From assembly GCA_028280285.1 (NCBI GenBank), contig JANQMA010000012.1, positions 24,817 through 88,816 of the forward strand: a stretch of 64,000 nt of DNA. The letters run 5' to 3'. The stretch comes from Candidatus Omnitrophota bacterium. Lineage in GTDB: Bacteria; Omnitrophota; Gorgyraeia; Zapsychrales; Zapsychraceae. The number at the start of each line of letters is the position of its first letter. Position 1 is the stretch's first letter. A program made the position numbers and the translations under genes. Of this stretch, positions 17,558 to 27,277 are shown piece after piece. The notes beneath the pieces are model-generated. The model had not been told where the DNA came from. It searched no databases and saw only the letters and a program-made list of their open reading frames with translations.

Positions 17558-17974
17558 ATGTTCAAAGCCGAGATCAACCGACAATTGATGATAAGGGCTG
17601 ATAATGAAGTGGGTTCTTTATCTGAATTGACTTCCATTATGACACGTGCGCAGATTAATTTGCTTGCTCTGTGTGCATATGAGGTCGAGGGTAATGTTGC
17701 GATTATGTTTGTAACGGATGATAATAATGATGCCCGGAAATTATTACAGGAAAAAGGGTATCATGTTGAAGAGGAGGAAGTTATTCTTGTTGATGTGCCC
17801 AATCAGCCGGGAGCGCTTCAAGTTATAGTCGACAAATTCCGTGAATCGGGGATAAACATGCGGCTGCTTTACGGCAGTACCGGACAAAATGCGAAACATA
17901 GCACAGTTGTTATCATTGCAGAAGATAATCTCGATGCAATGATGATGATTAAAACAGAGCTTGAGCGTGGCTAG
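17558..17974 (+). CDS. ACT domain-containing protein
   Basis: Two ACT-like beta-alpha-beta-beta-alpha-beta segments are visible. An AG-rich RBS lies before ATG 17558. Confidence 0.5.
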   Translation: MFKAEINRQLMIRADNEVGSLSELTSIMTRAQINLLALCAYEVEGNVAIMFVTDDNNDARKLLQEKGYHVEEEEVILVDVPNQPGALQVIVDKFRESGINMRLLYGSTGQNAKHSTVVIIAEDNLDAMMMIKTELERG

Positions 17975-17995
17975 AGGATGTTTTAGCATTAATAT

Positions 17996-19018
17996 ATGAA
18001 TTCTCTTACCCAAAAAATCTCCTTTTCTCTTCTGGCAGCGCTTCTTATTTATTTAGCATTTTTTTCTATCCTTAATACACAAGTATTTACTAAAGCCATC
18101 ATATTTATTGCATTTCATCGAGCCGATAAGTCTGTTGAAGTATTAGATATTTCTTTCAGAGACCATATTCTGGATATTCCTGATTTTTTACAACTGAGTG
18201 ACTTTTCCATTTCTATTAGAGATAAAGATAAGATCACATGGGATTTGACTGCCAATGAGGCGAGCATCGAATGCCGTAATTGCCTTGATGAGGATAAAAG
18301 ACAGTTGGACATTCGTGTGGTGGATATGCAGATCAAAAATAATGAAGAAATCTATGTCGGTCATCTAGATTTGCAATTGGTGCTGGATTTAAAAGGCAAA
18401 GCGATTTGGAAAACCAATGGTGATATCCGGATTAAGTATATTGAGGATAGTGGGTTAGAGATCAAAAATTTTAAGGCATTGATTGCTGGGTATAAAAATG
18501 AGGTTGTTGTAAAGGATGTTTGGGCGGAGTTGGCCAAGGGGATTATAAAGGGCGAAATATTTCTGGAATATGCTAAAAATCTGCCCTATAGTATTAGCAT
18601 GCAATTTGTGGATATTGATGCGGATGAAATAGGTAATGATGGGCGACCTTTAAAAGAACATGTGCGTGGTCTATTTGACGGTTTTGTTGAAGTTTCCGGG
18701 AATGCAAAACGTATTAAACGTTTTAATGGAAGGATTTATGCCCCGAGCCAAAGCCGGGTGCATTCCAGGTTAATTGGTTTTTTGATGGGCTACCTGCCAA
18801 AAGAGGCCATTACAGAGCAATTTAAAGCGATTGTTAAATCTGATGATTTTGTTAACCTTGATGAATTTGATGTGACGTTTGTTAATAGTTCAGCGACATC
18901 TATTTTTACAAAAATACATATGCTTAGTCGTGAAAATAGTTTTGATTTAAACCCGGATATTGATATAAGACTGGGGACAAATATTATTAATCTTAAATCT
19001 TTACTAAAAGGTGACTAG
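17996..19018 (+). CDS. Membrane-anchored hypothetical protein, possibly a short YdbH-like (AsmA-family) protein
   Basis: It has an N-terminal TM helix and sits immediately upstream of the YnbE-like and YdbL-like genes, which follow ydbH in the E. coli ydbH-ynbE-ydbL operon. It is only 340 aa against ~880 aa for E. coli YdbH, and I cannot verify the homology from sequence alone. Confidence 0.35.
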   Translation: MNSLTQKISFSLLAALLIYLAFFSILNTQVFTKAIIFIAFHRADKSVEVLDISFRDHILDIPDFLQLSDFSISIRDKDKITWDLTANEASIECRNCLDEDKRQLDIRVVDMQIKNNEEIYVGHLDLQLVLDLKGKAIWKTNGDIRIKYIEDSGLEIKNFKALIAGYKNEVVVKDVWAELAKGIIKGEIFLEYAKNLPYSISMQFVDIDADEIGNDGRPLKEHVRGLFDGFVEVSGNAKRIKRFNGRIYAPSQSRVHSRLIGFLMGYLPKEAITEQFKAIVKSDDFVNLDEFDVTFVNSSATSIFTKIHMLSRENSFDLNPDIDIRLGTNIINLKSLLKGD

Positions 19019-19021
19019 ATA

Positions 19022-19237
19022 ATGTTACGCAATGCATTTTTTGTGAGCGGGCTTCTTTGTGTTTTATTTTTGGTGTCGGGTTGTACAGTTAAAGCTGTCG
19101 GGGATCCACAAAGACCAATTACCATTAACGCGCATATTACGCTTGATATTAAAGGTTTGGAAAAAACAGCACTAAACATTGAAGATTATGTAAGCGGAGA
19201 AAGTCAGCTTGAAACCCAAAGCACACCGGGAGAATAA
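19022..19237 (+). CDS. ynbE: YnbE-like lipoprotein
   Basis: Lipobox LVSGC, then the PITIN hallmark (QRPITINAHITLDIKGLEK). The ~70 aa size matches YnbE. Confidence 0.6.
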   Translation: MLRNAFFVSGLLCVLFLVSGCTVKAVGDPQRPITINAHITLDIKGLEKTALNIEDYVSGESQLETQSTPGE

Positions 19238-19241
19238 AACT

Positions 19242-19649
19242 ATGAAAATAGGTTTAGTTATATTATTTATTTTTTCTTTATCGGTTGTGACAACACAACC
19301 GCTTGAGGCTGCCGGCTATAGTCTTAAAGAAGTAACGCCGGCTGTACAAAATGCCCTTGATGCACGCAAAAAGCGTTTTGATCGTTTGGCAGATCTTAAG
19401 GTTAAGGGCATGATCGGTGAAAATAATAATGGCTATGTTTCGGCGCTTGAGAAAAATAATGCCGCTGAGCAATTAGCCGATGAGGAGAATCAGAACCGTC
19501 GTGTTATTTATAAAGCCATTGCGCAGCAAAATGGTCTGGGTAAATCTGTTGATATTATAGAGAAGGTTTTTGCCCAGGTGAGGCGTGATAAAGCGCAATC
19601 AGGTGAAATGATCCAGCTTGAAACAGGTGACTGGGTTCAAAAACAATAA
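19242..19649 (+). CDS. ydbL: YdbL-like (DUF1318) periplasmic protein
   Basis: Signal peptide plus strong similarity to E. coli YdbL (GENNNGYVSALEKNN...RRVIYKAIAQQNGLGKSVDIIEKVFAQ...QSGEMIQLETGDWVQK). Confidence 0.65.
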   Translation: MKIGLVILFIFSLSVVTTQPLEAAGYSLKEVTPAVQNALDARKKRFDRLADLKVKGMIGENNNGYVSALEKNNAAEQLADEENQNRRVIYKAIAQQNGLGKSVDIIEKVFAQVRRDKAQSGEMIQLETGDWVQKQ

Positions 19650-19664
19650 ACCGAGGAGGTTTAT

Positions 19665-20135
19665 ATGGTGAAGGCCACTGAGAAAAGACAGCGCAAGCGA
19701 TATGTACCTAAGAAAAATGTCAGGGTTGATTTCTATTATCCTGTTAAAACAAAGGTTGAGTTTGAACAGGATGAAAAATCTACAGAAGAACATTCAAAAC
19801 ATCAGGGAATGAGTAAAAATTTTAGCACTCATGGGATGTGTTTTAATTCGGATGTCTGCCTCAATCGAGGGGAACATTTAAACCTTGAAGTTTACATCCC
19901 GCTTCGGGAAGAGCCTATCTGTATGGAAGGGCGTGTCTGCTGGTCGGATGAGGAGCAAAAAGATTCATTTGATACAGGTGTTGAGATTCTTTCTGTTGAA
20001 GGAAAGAACGTGGATGATACGGTTTATCATGATGAAGTCTATGATGTCGATTGGAGTGAGGTTTTGGAATCTGTTTTAGGTCAATTTCGTATTTTGGCGC
20101 AGAAGGAGAGAGAAAAAAATGATGCTCAAAAATAA
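19665..20135 (+). CDS. PilZ domain protein (c-di-GMP-binding type)
   Basis: Carries the RxxxR motif (RQRKRYVPKK) and a (D/N)xSxxG-like motif (NFSTHGMCF), followed by a beta-barrel region. Confidence 0.55.
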   Translation: MVKATEKRQRKRYVPKKNVRVDFYYPVKTKVEFEQDEKSTEEHSKHQGMSKNFSTHGMCFNSDVCLNRGEHLNLEVYIPLREEPICMEGRVCWSDEEQKDSFDTGVEILSVEGKNVDDTVYHDEVYDVDWSEVLESVLGQFRILAQKEREKNDAQK

Positions 20136-20766
20136 AATACATCTGCTGAGTGTATTGATGCTTTTTGTATTTGCGGGAGGATGTTCATCGGCTAACAAAG
20201 GGATGTCGTACTCAGGGTTTTTAGGCGACTATTCACGTATACGCCCAAGTAACATTATTGAGGATGTTTATGTGGATAAAAGTGATACCAAGACACTGGG
20301 CGATTATGATAAATTTATTATTACTCCGATTGTTATGTTTTTTCATAATGATGCGAAGGGGATCGGTGTTGAGCCCGGTAAACTTAAAGAGCTGACGGAT
20401 ATTTTTTATGATAAAGCGGTTGAAGCGTTATCTGAGCACTATGAGATTGTGGATGAACCTGGTGAGGGTGTTATGCTTATTCGCATTGCTGTGACCGATG
20501 TTGTCGCAAACAAAGTGGCGCTTAATTTGCATTGGTCAACGACAGCAAGTGGGGTTGGTATCGGTGGAGCGGCGATTGAGGCGGAGTTTCTTGATTCGGT
20601 AACACAGGAAAGAGTGTTGGCTTTTATTGATTCGCGTAAGGGCAAACGTTACAAATACAATAAGGGTTTGACAAAATGGGGGCACACCAAAGATGTCTTC
20701 GAACAATGGGCGACTATGTTTGTTGAACGTTTGGATGAATTGCATGGGTATACGGAGGAAGGATAG
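20119..20766 (+). CDS. Lipoprotein, hypothetical
   Basis: Signal peptide with lipobox (FAGGCSS). No confident family assignment. Confidence 0.45.
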   Translation: MMLKNKIHLLSVLMLFVFAGGCSSANKGMSYSGFLGDYSRIRPSNIIEDVYVDKSDTKTLGDYDKFIITPIVMFFHNDAKGIGVEPGKLKELTDIFYDKAVEALSEHYEIVDEPGEGVMLIRIAVTDVVANKVALNLHWSTTASGVGIGGAAIEAEFLDSVTQERVLAFIDSRKGKRYKYNKGLTKWGHTKDVFEQWATMFVERLDELHGYTEEG

Positions 20767-20769
20767 GGT

Positions 20770-21300
20770 ATGAATACAGCAACTCAGCCGGATGATTATT
20801 ATGCAGCCAGGTTATTTATCGGTTTAACAGTGGGTGATATTATGCGCAGGGACCTTGTTTTAATTTATAGTGATGAAAATTTAAGCAAGGCATTGCAGTT
20901 GTTTGTGAAAGAACATATTTTTTATCTGCCGGTTGTCAATCGCTCGCAAAAATTAATGGGGATTTTAACGCAAAAGTATCTATATAAAATTCGCTCACCG
21001 CGCCGGATTATTGATCCGGACATGGAATTTAATAAAGAAGTATTGCGTGATGGCGATAGTTTTTATGAGAAAGAGACATTGGATAGTTATATTCTTTCTA
21101 ATATTATGTTTAAAACACCATTTACCATGAACCCGGAGCAAACCGCAGCAGAAGCTGTTTTACATATGGCGGATAAACATTTGGGCTGCATTCCCATTGT
21201 CGAGAATAATGGTAAAATATGCGGTGTGTTGACGGCCGATGAAATTATGAATTTTATCGGGCGAGTAATTCGGCAAAACGGAAATATTATCGGTGAATAA
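20770..21300 (+). CDS. CBS-pair domain protein
   Basis: Two CBS motifs are visible (IMRRDLVLIYSDENLSKALQLFVKEHIFYLPVV ... GCIPIVENNGKICGVLTADEIMNFI). Confidence 0.6.
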   Translation: MNTATQPDDYYAARLFIGLTVGDIMRRDLVLIYSDENLSKALQLFVKEHIFYLPVVNRSQKLMGILTQKYLYKIRSPRRIIDPDMEFNKEVLRDGDSFYEKETLDSYILSNIMFKTPFTMNPEQTAAEAVLHMADKHLGCIPIVENNGKICGVLTADEIMNFIGRVIRQNGNIIGE

Positions 21301-21318
21301 AATTTGAAGTTGTTGAAT

Positions 21319-23298
21319 GTGAAACAATATTGGCCGACCATAGTTTTGTTTTTGGTCGGCTTTCTTATTTATGCCAACACGTTAAACGGCGAGTTTCAGT
21401 TTGATGATTTTGGTTACATTGTCTATAATAAAGCGATTCACAATATCAATGATATTCCGGCGATTTGGAATGCGCTATCCCATCCTAGCCGTTTTGTTGC
21501 TTTTTTTACCTTTGCGTTAAACTATCACTATCACGGTCTTAATGTTTTTGGATATCATTTGGTCAATGTTATTATTCATTGTGCTAATGGGCTTTTGATT
21601 TTTTATTTTCTGCAGTTATTTCTAACCAAACTTCAGCAGCAAAATAAATTCCGTCGGGGTGAAGTAAAATATTTTGCTTTTTTTGTCGCTTTGCTTTTTC
21701 TTATTCATCCTGTTCAAACACAAGCTGTCAGTTATATTGTGCAGCGTTTCACATCGCTCGCCACATTATTTTACCTTGCAAGTTTATGTTTGTTTTTAAT
21801 GGCGATGAAAGCTGAAACAAAGAAAGATAAGCTTCGGCTGTGGATTAGGCTTATTGTTACGTGTGCTTTGGGCATGTTGACCAAACCTATTGTCTTCACA
21901 TTGCCGTTTATGCTTATTTTTATTTACCGTGTTTGTTTCGGGCGTATCGCTTATAGCAAAGTAATTATGCTTTGTTTGCCGCTTTTCATTATTCCGGCGT
22001 GCTTTGCTTTTAATGTCCAAAATATATTTTTTAAACAGATCCCATCGGGCTCGCATGTGGGTGATATGATTACGATGGGCAATTATGCACTGACACAGTT
22101 CAGTGTTCTTTTGCAGTATTTCAAAATTTTAATGCTTCCGCTTGGGCAGGTGCTCGACTATGATTTTCCGGTTGTGAACAGCATTCTCAATCTGCGTGTA
22201 TTAGGCGGCATGGGATTAATTGGAATTTTAGGGTGCGTGGCTGTCCGTACGTATAGAAAAAATTTTATTGTGTCATTTGGCATTATCTGGTTCTTTTTAA
22301 CCATTGCAGTCAGCTCAAGTATTATCCCGATTCGTCATGTGATTTTTGAGCATCGTCTGTATTTACCGTCGATCGGTTTTTTTATTGTGCTCGTTGCGCT
22401 TATAGATCGTAGCCTGCGCATGCCCTTTAAAGCATGGGTTATTGTCATTTTAACGTTGTGTTTGGGTGTGGCTACGTATGAACGTAACAAGGTATGGCAG
22501 ACACAGGTATCTTTATGGCAAGATGTCATCGAAAAATCACCTAATAAGTTCCGTGGGTATGAGCATCTTGGTAATATTGCACTTGATCATCATCAGTATG
22601 CAGCGGCGTTAAATTACTATGATCGTGTGCACAAGCTTAATCCTGACTATACAATGATATTGCTGAATTATGCCATTGCCCTTAAAGGGTTGGGGCAATA
22701 TGCGCAAGCGCTTGAACTTTTTGAAAGAATCGAATTTGATTTTGATCGTAATCCACGTTTGTATTTTAACCGGGCTGTACTTTGGGAGCAGCTGGGTCAA
22801 ACAGATAAGGCGCTTGCCGATTACAGCTGGGCGATTACCTTGAATGATCGGTATTTAGCTGCGTATATCAATAGGGCCAATTTATGGGCCGAGTTAAAAG
22901 AATATGAGCGGGCTCAAATAGACTTTATTCAGGCTAAAAAGATTAATGATCAGGTGAAAGAGGTGTATATCGGCTTGGGTAATTTATATGGGAAGCAGGA
23001 AAAGTACGGCCTGGCCATTATTCATTTTAGTCAGGCCATTGCTGTGGATCCTGCATTCGCCCAAAGCTATCATAATCGCGGCAATGCCTATTTTTTTAAT
23101 AATAATCTCTACGAGGCTCTTCAGGACTACAATTTAGCGATAAAACTTGAACCGGCACAAGGATTAGTGTATTATCATCGTTCAGTAGTGCATGAGCGTT
23201 TAGGTCATATTCGCAAGGCCTTGGAGGATGCGCTCAAGGCACGGTCATTAGGGGCCAAGCTACCCAAAGGCTATATCGATAAACTTCAAAAGCGTTAA
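21319..23298 (+). CDS. TMTC-like integral membrane protein with C-terminal TPR repeats (DUF1736-type), paralog 1
   Basis: About 10 TM segments, the FQFDD and HxxRF motifs, and at least 6 C-terminal TPR units. The N-terminus aligns with the paralog at 23311 (MKQ...GEFQFDDFGYI), which supports the GTG 21319 start. Confidence 0.6.
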   Translation: MKQYWPTIVLFLVGFLIYANTLNGEFQFDDFGYIVYNKAIHNINDIPAIWNALSHPSRFVAFFTFALNYHYHGLNVFGYHLVNVIIHCANGLLIFYFLQLFLTKLQQQNKFRRGEVKYFAFFVALLFLIHPVQTQAVSYIVQRFTSLATLFYLASLCLFLMAMKAETKKDKLRLWIRLIVTCALGMLTKPIVFTLPFMLIFIYRVCFGRIAYSKVIMLCLPLFIIPACFAFNVQNIFFKQIPSGSHVGDMITMGNYALTQFSVLLQYFKILMLPLGQVLDYDFPVVNSILNLRVLGGMGLIGILGCVAVRTYRKNFIVSFGIIWFFLTIAVSSSIIPIRHVIFEHRLYLPSIGFFIVLVALIDRSLRMPFKAWVIVILTLCLGVATYERNKVWQTQVSLWQDVIEKSPNKFRGYEHLGNIALDHHQYAAALNYYDRVHKLNPDYTMILLNYAIALKGLGQYAQALELFERIEFDFDRNPRLYFNRAVLWEQLGQTDKALADYSWAITLNDRYLAAYINRANLWAELKEYERAQIDFIQAKKINDQVKEVYIGLGNLYGKQEKYGLAIIHFSQAIAVDPAFAQSYHNRGNAYFFNNNLYEALQDYNLAIKLEPAQGLVYYHRSVVHERLGHIRKALEDALKARSLGAKLPKGYIDKLQKR

Positions 23299-23310
23299 AT
23301 CAAAATACAT

Positions 23311-25860
23311 ATGAAACAGATCCTTATTAAACTGCTGGCTGTTGGGCTTATTTGCGGTGTAGGTTGGGGTATTTATTCTAACTCTTTGCATGGTAAGTTT
23401 CAATTTGATGATATGGGTTATATCGCTCGCAATGATTCGATTCGCGATATTACTAATATTAAAGCGATTTGGAATGCTTTGGCCCATCCAAGCCGGTTTA
23501 TCGGTTTTCTTACATTCGCTGTCAATTTTCATTTTTCCAAGAGCGATGTCTACGGGTATCATGTCACCAATGTGATCATTCATATTCTCGTCGCGTTAAG
23601 TGTATGGTGGTTTGTCAGGAATTTGTTTAGGACCCCGCGTATCGTTAATCTCAATGGTATATCTAAAGAAATATATGAGGGAAGGGAATGGATTGCCTTT
23701 TTTGTGGCGGCTGTATTTTTAACCCATCCGATTGAAACGCAAGCAGTATCCTATATTGCGCAACGTCTTGCCTCTTTGGCCACGCTGTTTTATATTTTGA
23801 CGCTAAATTTTTATGTTAAGGCACGCTTAAATAAAGTGCGTTGGCAAAGTATTGGGCTTTTTATTTGTGCGTTTCTGACAGCGATTTTGGGGATGTTTAC
23901 CAAGCAGATCACATTTACACTTCCCTTTATGGTGGTGATCATTGAGTTGTATTTTCTCAATAAGGACGGCAACCTGTCTTGGATTAAAAGAATTTTTAAA
24001 CCGCAGTATGTGGCGCTTTTTATCGGATTTTTATTAATTATCCCGTGGATGTTTGATTTCGATCCTAAAAATGTTTTCAAATGGAATATTGCCTCAGGTT
24101 CGCATATTGGGGATATTATCAATCCGGTTAATTACTTTTGGACGCAGATGGAGGTGGTCCCGCATTATATCCGTTTACTATTCATTCCTATAGGACAGAA
24201 TCTCGACTATGACTGGCAGGTGGTTAATACTTTTTGGGATCCTCAGGCATTATTTGGTTTTATTTTTTTAATCGCTTTGTTTATTTTCGGTCTGCGTTGT
24301 TATAAAAAACATGTGTTTGTGTCTTTCGGTATTCTCTGGTTTTTTGTGACCGCCAGTATTGAATCAAGTATTATTCCGATTCGCCATGTGATTTTTGAGC
24401 ATCGGGTTTACTTGCCGTCATTCGGTTGTTTTATTGCTGTTCTTCCTTTTCTTTATGGGTTTATGCGTAACCGCAATGCTTATTTAACTGTCGTGACGGT
24501 TATTGTGGTGATATTATCTGTTCTAACCTATAAACGCAATGAGGTGTGGGCGAATCATTTTTCTATGTGGAATGATGTTAAAAAAGGTTCTCCTAATAAA
24601 GCACGGCCTTATAACAATTTGGCGATCGGTTATTTGGAGTTACGCCAAAATGATGAAGCACTCGTCGAGCTTAATGAGTCGCTCAGGATTGATCCAAATT
24701 TTGCTGAGGCGCTTAATAACCGTGGTGTTGTTTGGAAGCGCAAAAGGCTCTATGATCTGGCACTTAAGGATTTAAACAAAGCTATTGAAATTAATCCGAG
24801 TTATATTGATGCCTATTATAATCGCGGTAATGCGTTTCATTATAGTGGCCGGTATCAGGAGGCCCTTGCGAGTTTTGCCAAGGTGCTTGAGATTAATCCA
24901 AATTTTACCGAAGCATACAATGAGTTGGGGATCGTTTACAAAAAGATGCGCCAATATGATAAATCGCTTCAAATGTATAATGAGGCGCTTAAACGTGTGC
25001 CGACGTATGGTGATGCGATTTACAACCGGGGCAATGTGCATTATTTAAAAAAGGATTATCAAAAAGCATTAAGTGATTTTACTAAGGCAATAGCCTATAA
25101 AAAGAATTTTATTGAAGCCTTTAATCAGCGTGGCGTCGTGAACCGGCAGTTGGGACGTAATCAAGAAGCGCTGAATGATTTTTCCAGCGCTCTAAGAATT
25201 AATCCGAAGAATGTCACATCCTACTATAATCGGGCCAAGGTGTATATTGCTATGGAAAAACTCGATGAAGCGGTTATTGATTTAACTAAAGCCATTTCGA
25301 TTAATGCTAATTTAAAAGAGGCTTATAATGAGCGCGGGATTGTTTATAAGAAGCAGCAAAAATACCAAAGGGCCATAGAAGACTTCACGAAGGCGATAAG
25401 TCTGGATACTAAATATGTTGATGCCTACAACAACCGCGGTAATGCCTATACGGGACTTAAACAATATGACTTGGCCCTTAATGATTATAATACAGCGATT
25501 GGGATCAATCCGAATTTTGCGACGTCGTATTATAACAAGGGTCTTATCATGGATTACAAGGGGGCGTTTAAGGAGTCACTTGCGCTTTATGATAGGGCGA
25601 TCACACTGAATCCGAATATAGCCATTATGTATTGGAAGCGAGGTAATGCGTACCGCAATGTTGAGGAGTATGAAAAGGCAATGGAAGATGTGCTTAAGGC
25701 GCAAAGCATGGGGTTTCAGGTTCATCATGTCTATTTGAAAAAACTTGAGAATGATATTACGCGGGCCCAAAAGGCCGCTGAGGAATTAGCCGGCGACAGT
25801 CAGGATGAGATTGAAATTATGGATAAAAAGAAGAGAAAGAAAAAACGTAAGAAGAAGTGA
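23311..25860 (+). CDS. TMTC-like integral membrane protein with C-terminal TPR repeats, paralog 2 (849 aa, Lys-rich tail)
   Basis: Same architecture as 21319-23298, with about 10 TPR units. The C-terminus is DKKKRKKKRKKK. Confidence 0.6.
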   Translation: MKQILIKLLAVGLICGVGWGIYSNSLHGKFQFDDMGYIARNDSIRDITNIKAIWNALAHPSRFIGFLTFAVNFHFSKSDVYGYHVTNVIIHILVALSVWWFVRNLFRTPRIVNLNGISKEIYEGREWIAFFVAAVFLTHPIETQAVSYIAQRLASLATLFYILTLNFYVKARLNKVRWQSIGLFICAFLTAILGMFTKQITFTLPFMVVIIELYFLNKDGNLSWIKRIFKPQYVALFIGFLLIIPWMFDFDPKNVFKWNIASGSHIGDIINPVNYFWTQMEVVPHYIRLLFIPIGQNLDYDWQVVNTFWDPQALFGFIFLIALFIFGLRCYKKHVFVSFGILWFFVTASIESSIIPIRHVIFEHRVYLPSFGCFIAVLPFLYGFMRNRNAYLTVVTVIVVILSVLTYKRNEVWANHFSMWNDVKKGSPNKARPYNNLAIGYLELRQNDEALVELNESLRIDPNFAEALNNRGVVWKRKRLYDLALKDLNKAIEINPSYIDAYYNRGNAFHYSGRYQEALASFAKVLEINPNFTEAYNELGIVYKKMRQYDKSLQMYNEALKRVPTYGDAIYNRGNVHYLKKDYQKALSDFTKAIAYKKNFIEAFNQRGVVNRQLGRNQEALNDFSSALRINPKNVTSYYNRAKVYIAMEKLDEAVIDLTKAISINANLKEAYNERGIVYKKQQKYQRAIEDFTKAISLDTKYVDAYNNRGNAYTGLKQYDLALNDYNTAIGINPNFATSYYNKGLIMDYKGAFKESLALYDRAITLNPNIAIMYWKRGNAYRNVEEYEKAMEDVLKAQSMGFQVHHVYLKKLENDITRAQKAAEELAGDSQDEIEIMDKKKRKKKRKKK

Positions 25861-25906
25861 TAAGAGTTTCACAAATTTAGTGTTTTTCTGAACAAGTATC
25901 CTGCCG

Positions 25907-27277
25907 ATGAAAACAATCCCCCAATGGGCGAATAATAAAGATAACTTGGACTTTAATGAAGAATTCACCCGCGCCTATGATCTTTTAGAAAATAGCAGTA
26001 AGCATGTTTTTATTACCGGTAAAGCCGGTACAGGTAAATCAACCCTCCTTAAATATTTCCGTTCTAACACGATCAAAAATGCCGCGGTTGTTGCTCCGAC
26101 TGGAGTTGCTGCCATTAATGTTCAGGGCCAGACGATTCATTCCTTTTTTGGGTTTAAGCCCGACATTACGCCACAGACAGTAGTCGATTTGCGTGTTTCT
26201 AAACAAAAACGTGAAATGTTTGCTGCACTTAACATGGTTATTATTGATGAAATATCCATGGTGCGTGCGGATTTGCTTGATTGTGTAAATAAGTTTTTGC
26301 GTATGTATGGACCTGACCCGACGCTTAATTTCGGGGGTGTACAGATGGTGTTTTTTGGTGATATGTTTCAACTCCCGCCGATTGTTACTTACCAGGACCG
26401 TGCGCTTTTTGCCGAGCATTACCGCAGTCCTTATTTTTTCAATGCCCATGTGATGGAGGATTTGGGGCGTGATGGCTTTGAAGGTTTGGAGTTTGTTGAA
26501 CTTAAGAAAGTCTACCGGCAAACCGATCAAGATTTTGTCGATATCCTAAATGCGATTCGGGATAATACGGTTAATTCTGAGCAGCTAGCGGCTTTAAACG
26601 CGCGGTGCGATCCAGGTTTTGAGTCGGATGATGATGACTTTTATATTTACTTAACGACGACCAATAAACAAGCGGATGAAATTAATCAAAATCATTTAAG
26701 CGGTATATCGGCGATTGCCCAAACATTTGGGGGAGAGAGGACAGGACAGTTTGATTTGAAGAGTCTGCCCACCCAAGAAGAATTGACCCTTAAATTAGGG
26801 GCGCAGATCATGTTGCTTAATAATGACCCAATGGGCCGCTGGATCAATGGGAGTATTGGCAAAGTGCTTTCTTTTCATGGGGATGAGACCAATGCATCGA
26901 TTCGGATTGAGCTGGCTGATGGGAAGGTTGTCAATGTAACGCCCTTTACTTGGGAGATGTTTAAGTTTTCCTATGACGCGAAATCTGGTATGCTAGTCTC
27001 AGAAAGTGTTGGGTCGTTTACTCAGCTGCCGATCAGACTTGCCTGGGCGGTGACTATTCATAAAGCGCAAGGCAAAACCTTTGAACGGGTTATTGTTGAT
27101 GTGGGGCGCGGCACTTTCGCGCACGGTCAGATGTATGTGGCACTTACGCGTTGTACATCTTTAGATGGGCTTATTTTAAGTAAGCCAATTAGCAAACGCG
27201 ATATCATTGTAGATCGCAATATTGTTGCGTTTAGTAAATTTCATAAAATGGTGCAGGCAAAAGGACGGTTTGAATGA
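25907..27277 (+). CDS. Pif1/RecD-like superfamily 1 helicase (AAA_30-type)
   Basis: Walker A (GKAGTGKST), Walker B/DE (VIIDEISMV) and motif VI (TIHKAQGKTF) are present. The ~456 aa size is typical of bacterial Pif1-like proteins. Confidence 0.7.
   Translation: MKTIPQWANNKDNLDFNEEFTRAYDLLENSSKHVFITGKAGTGKSTLLKYFRSNTIKNAAVVAPTGVAAINVQGQTIHSFFGFKPDITPQTVVDLRVSKQKREMFAALNMVIIDEISMVRADLLDCVNKFLRMYGPDPTLNFGGVQMVFFGDMFQLPPIVTYQDRALFAEHYRSPYFFNAHVMEDLGRDGFEGLEFVELKKVYRQTDQDFVDILNAIRDNTVNSEQLAALNARCDPGFESDDDDFYIYLTTTNKQADEINQNHLSGISAIAQTFGGERTGQFDLKSLPTQEELTLKLGAQIMLLNNDPMGRWINGSIGKVLSFHGDETNASIRIELADGKVVNVTPFTWEMFKFSYDAKSGMLVSESVGSFTQLPIRLAWAVTIHKAQGKTFERVIVDVGRGTFAHGQMYVALTRCTSLDGLILSKPISKRDIIVDRNIVAFSKFHKMVQAKGRFE

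Noticed and set aside
21304-21318. TTG start at 21304 for TMTC-like paralog 1
   Set aside because: Alignment with the adjacent paralog (both begin MKQ) favours GTG 21319.
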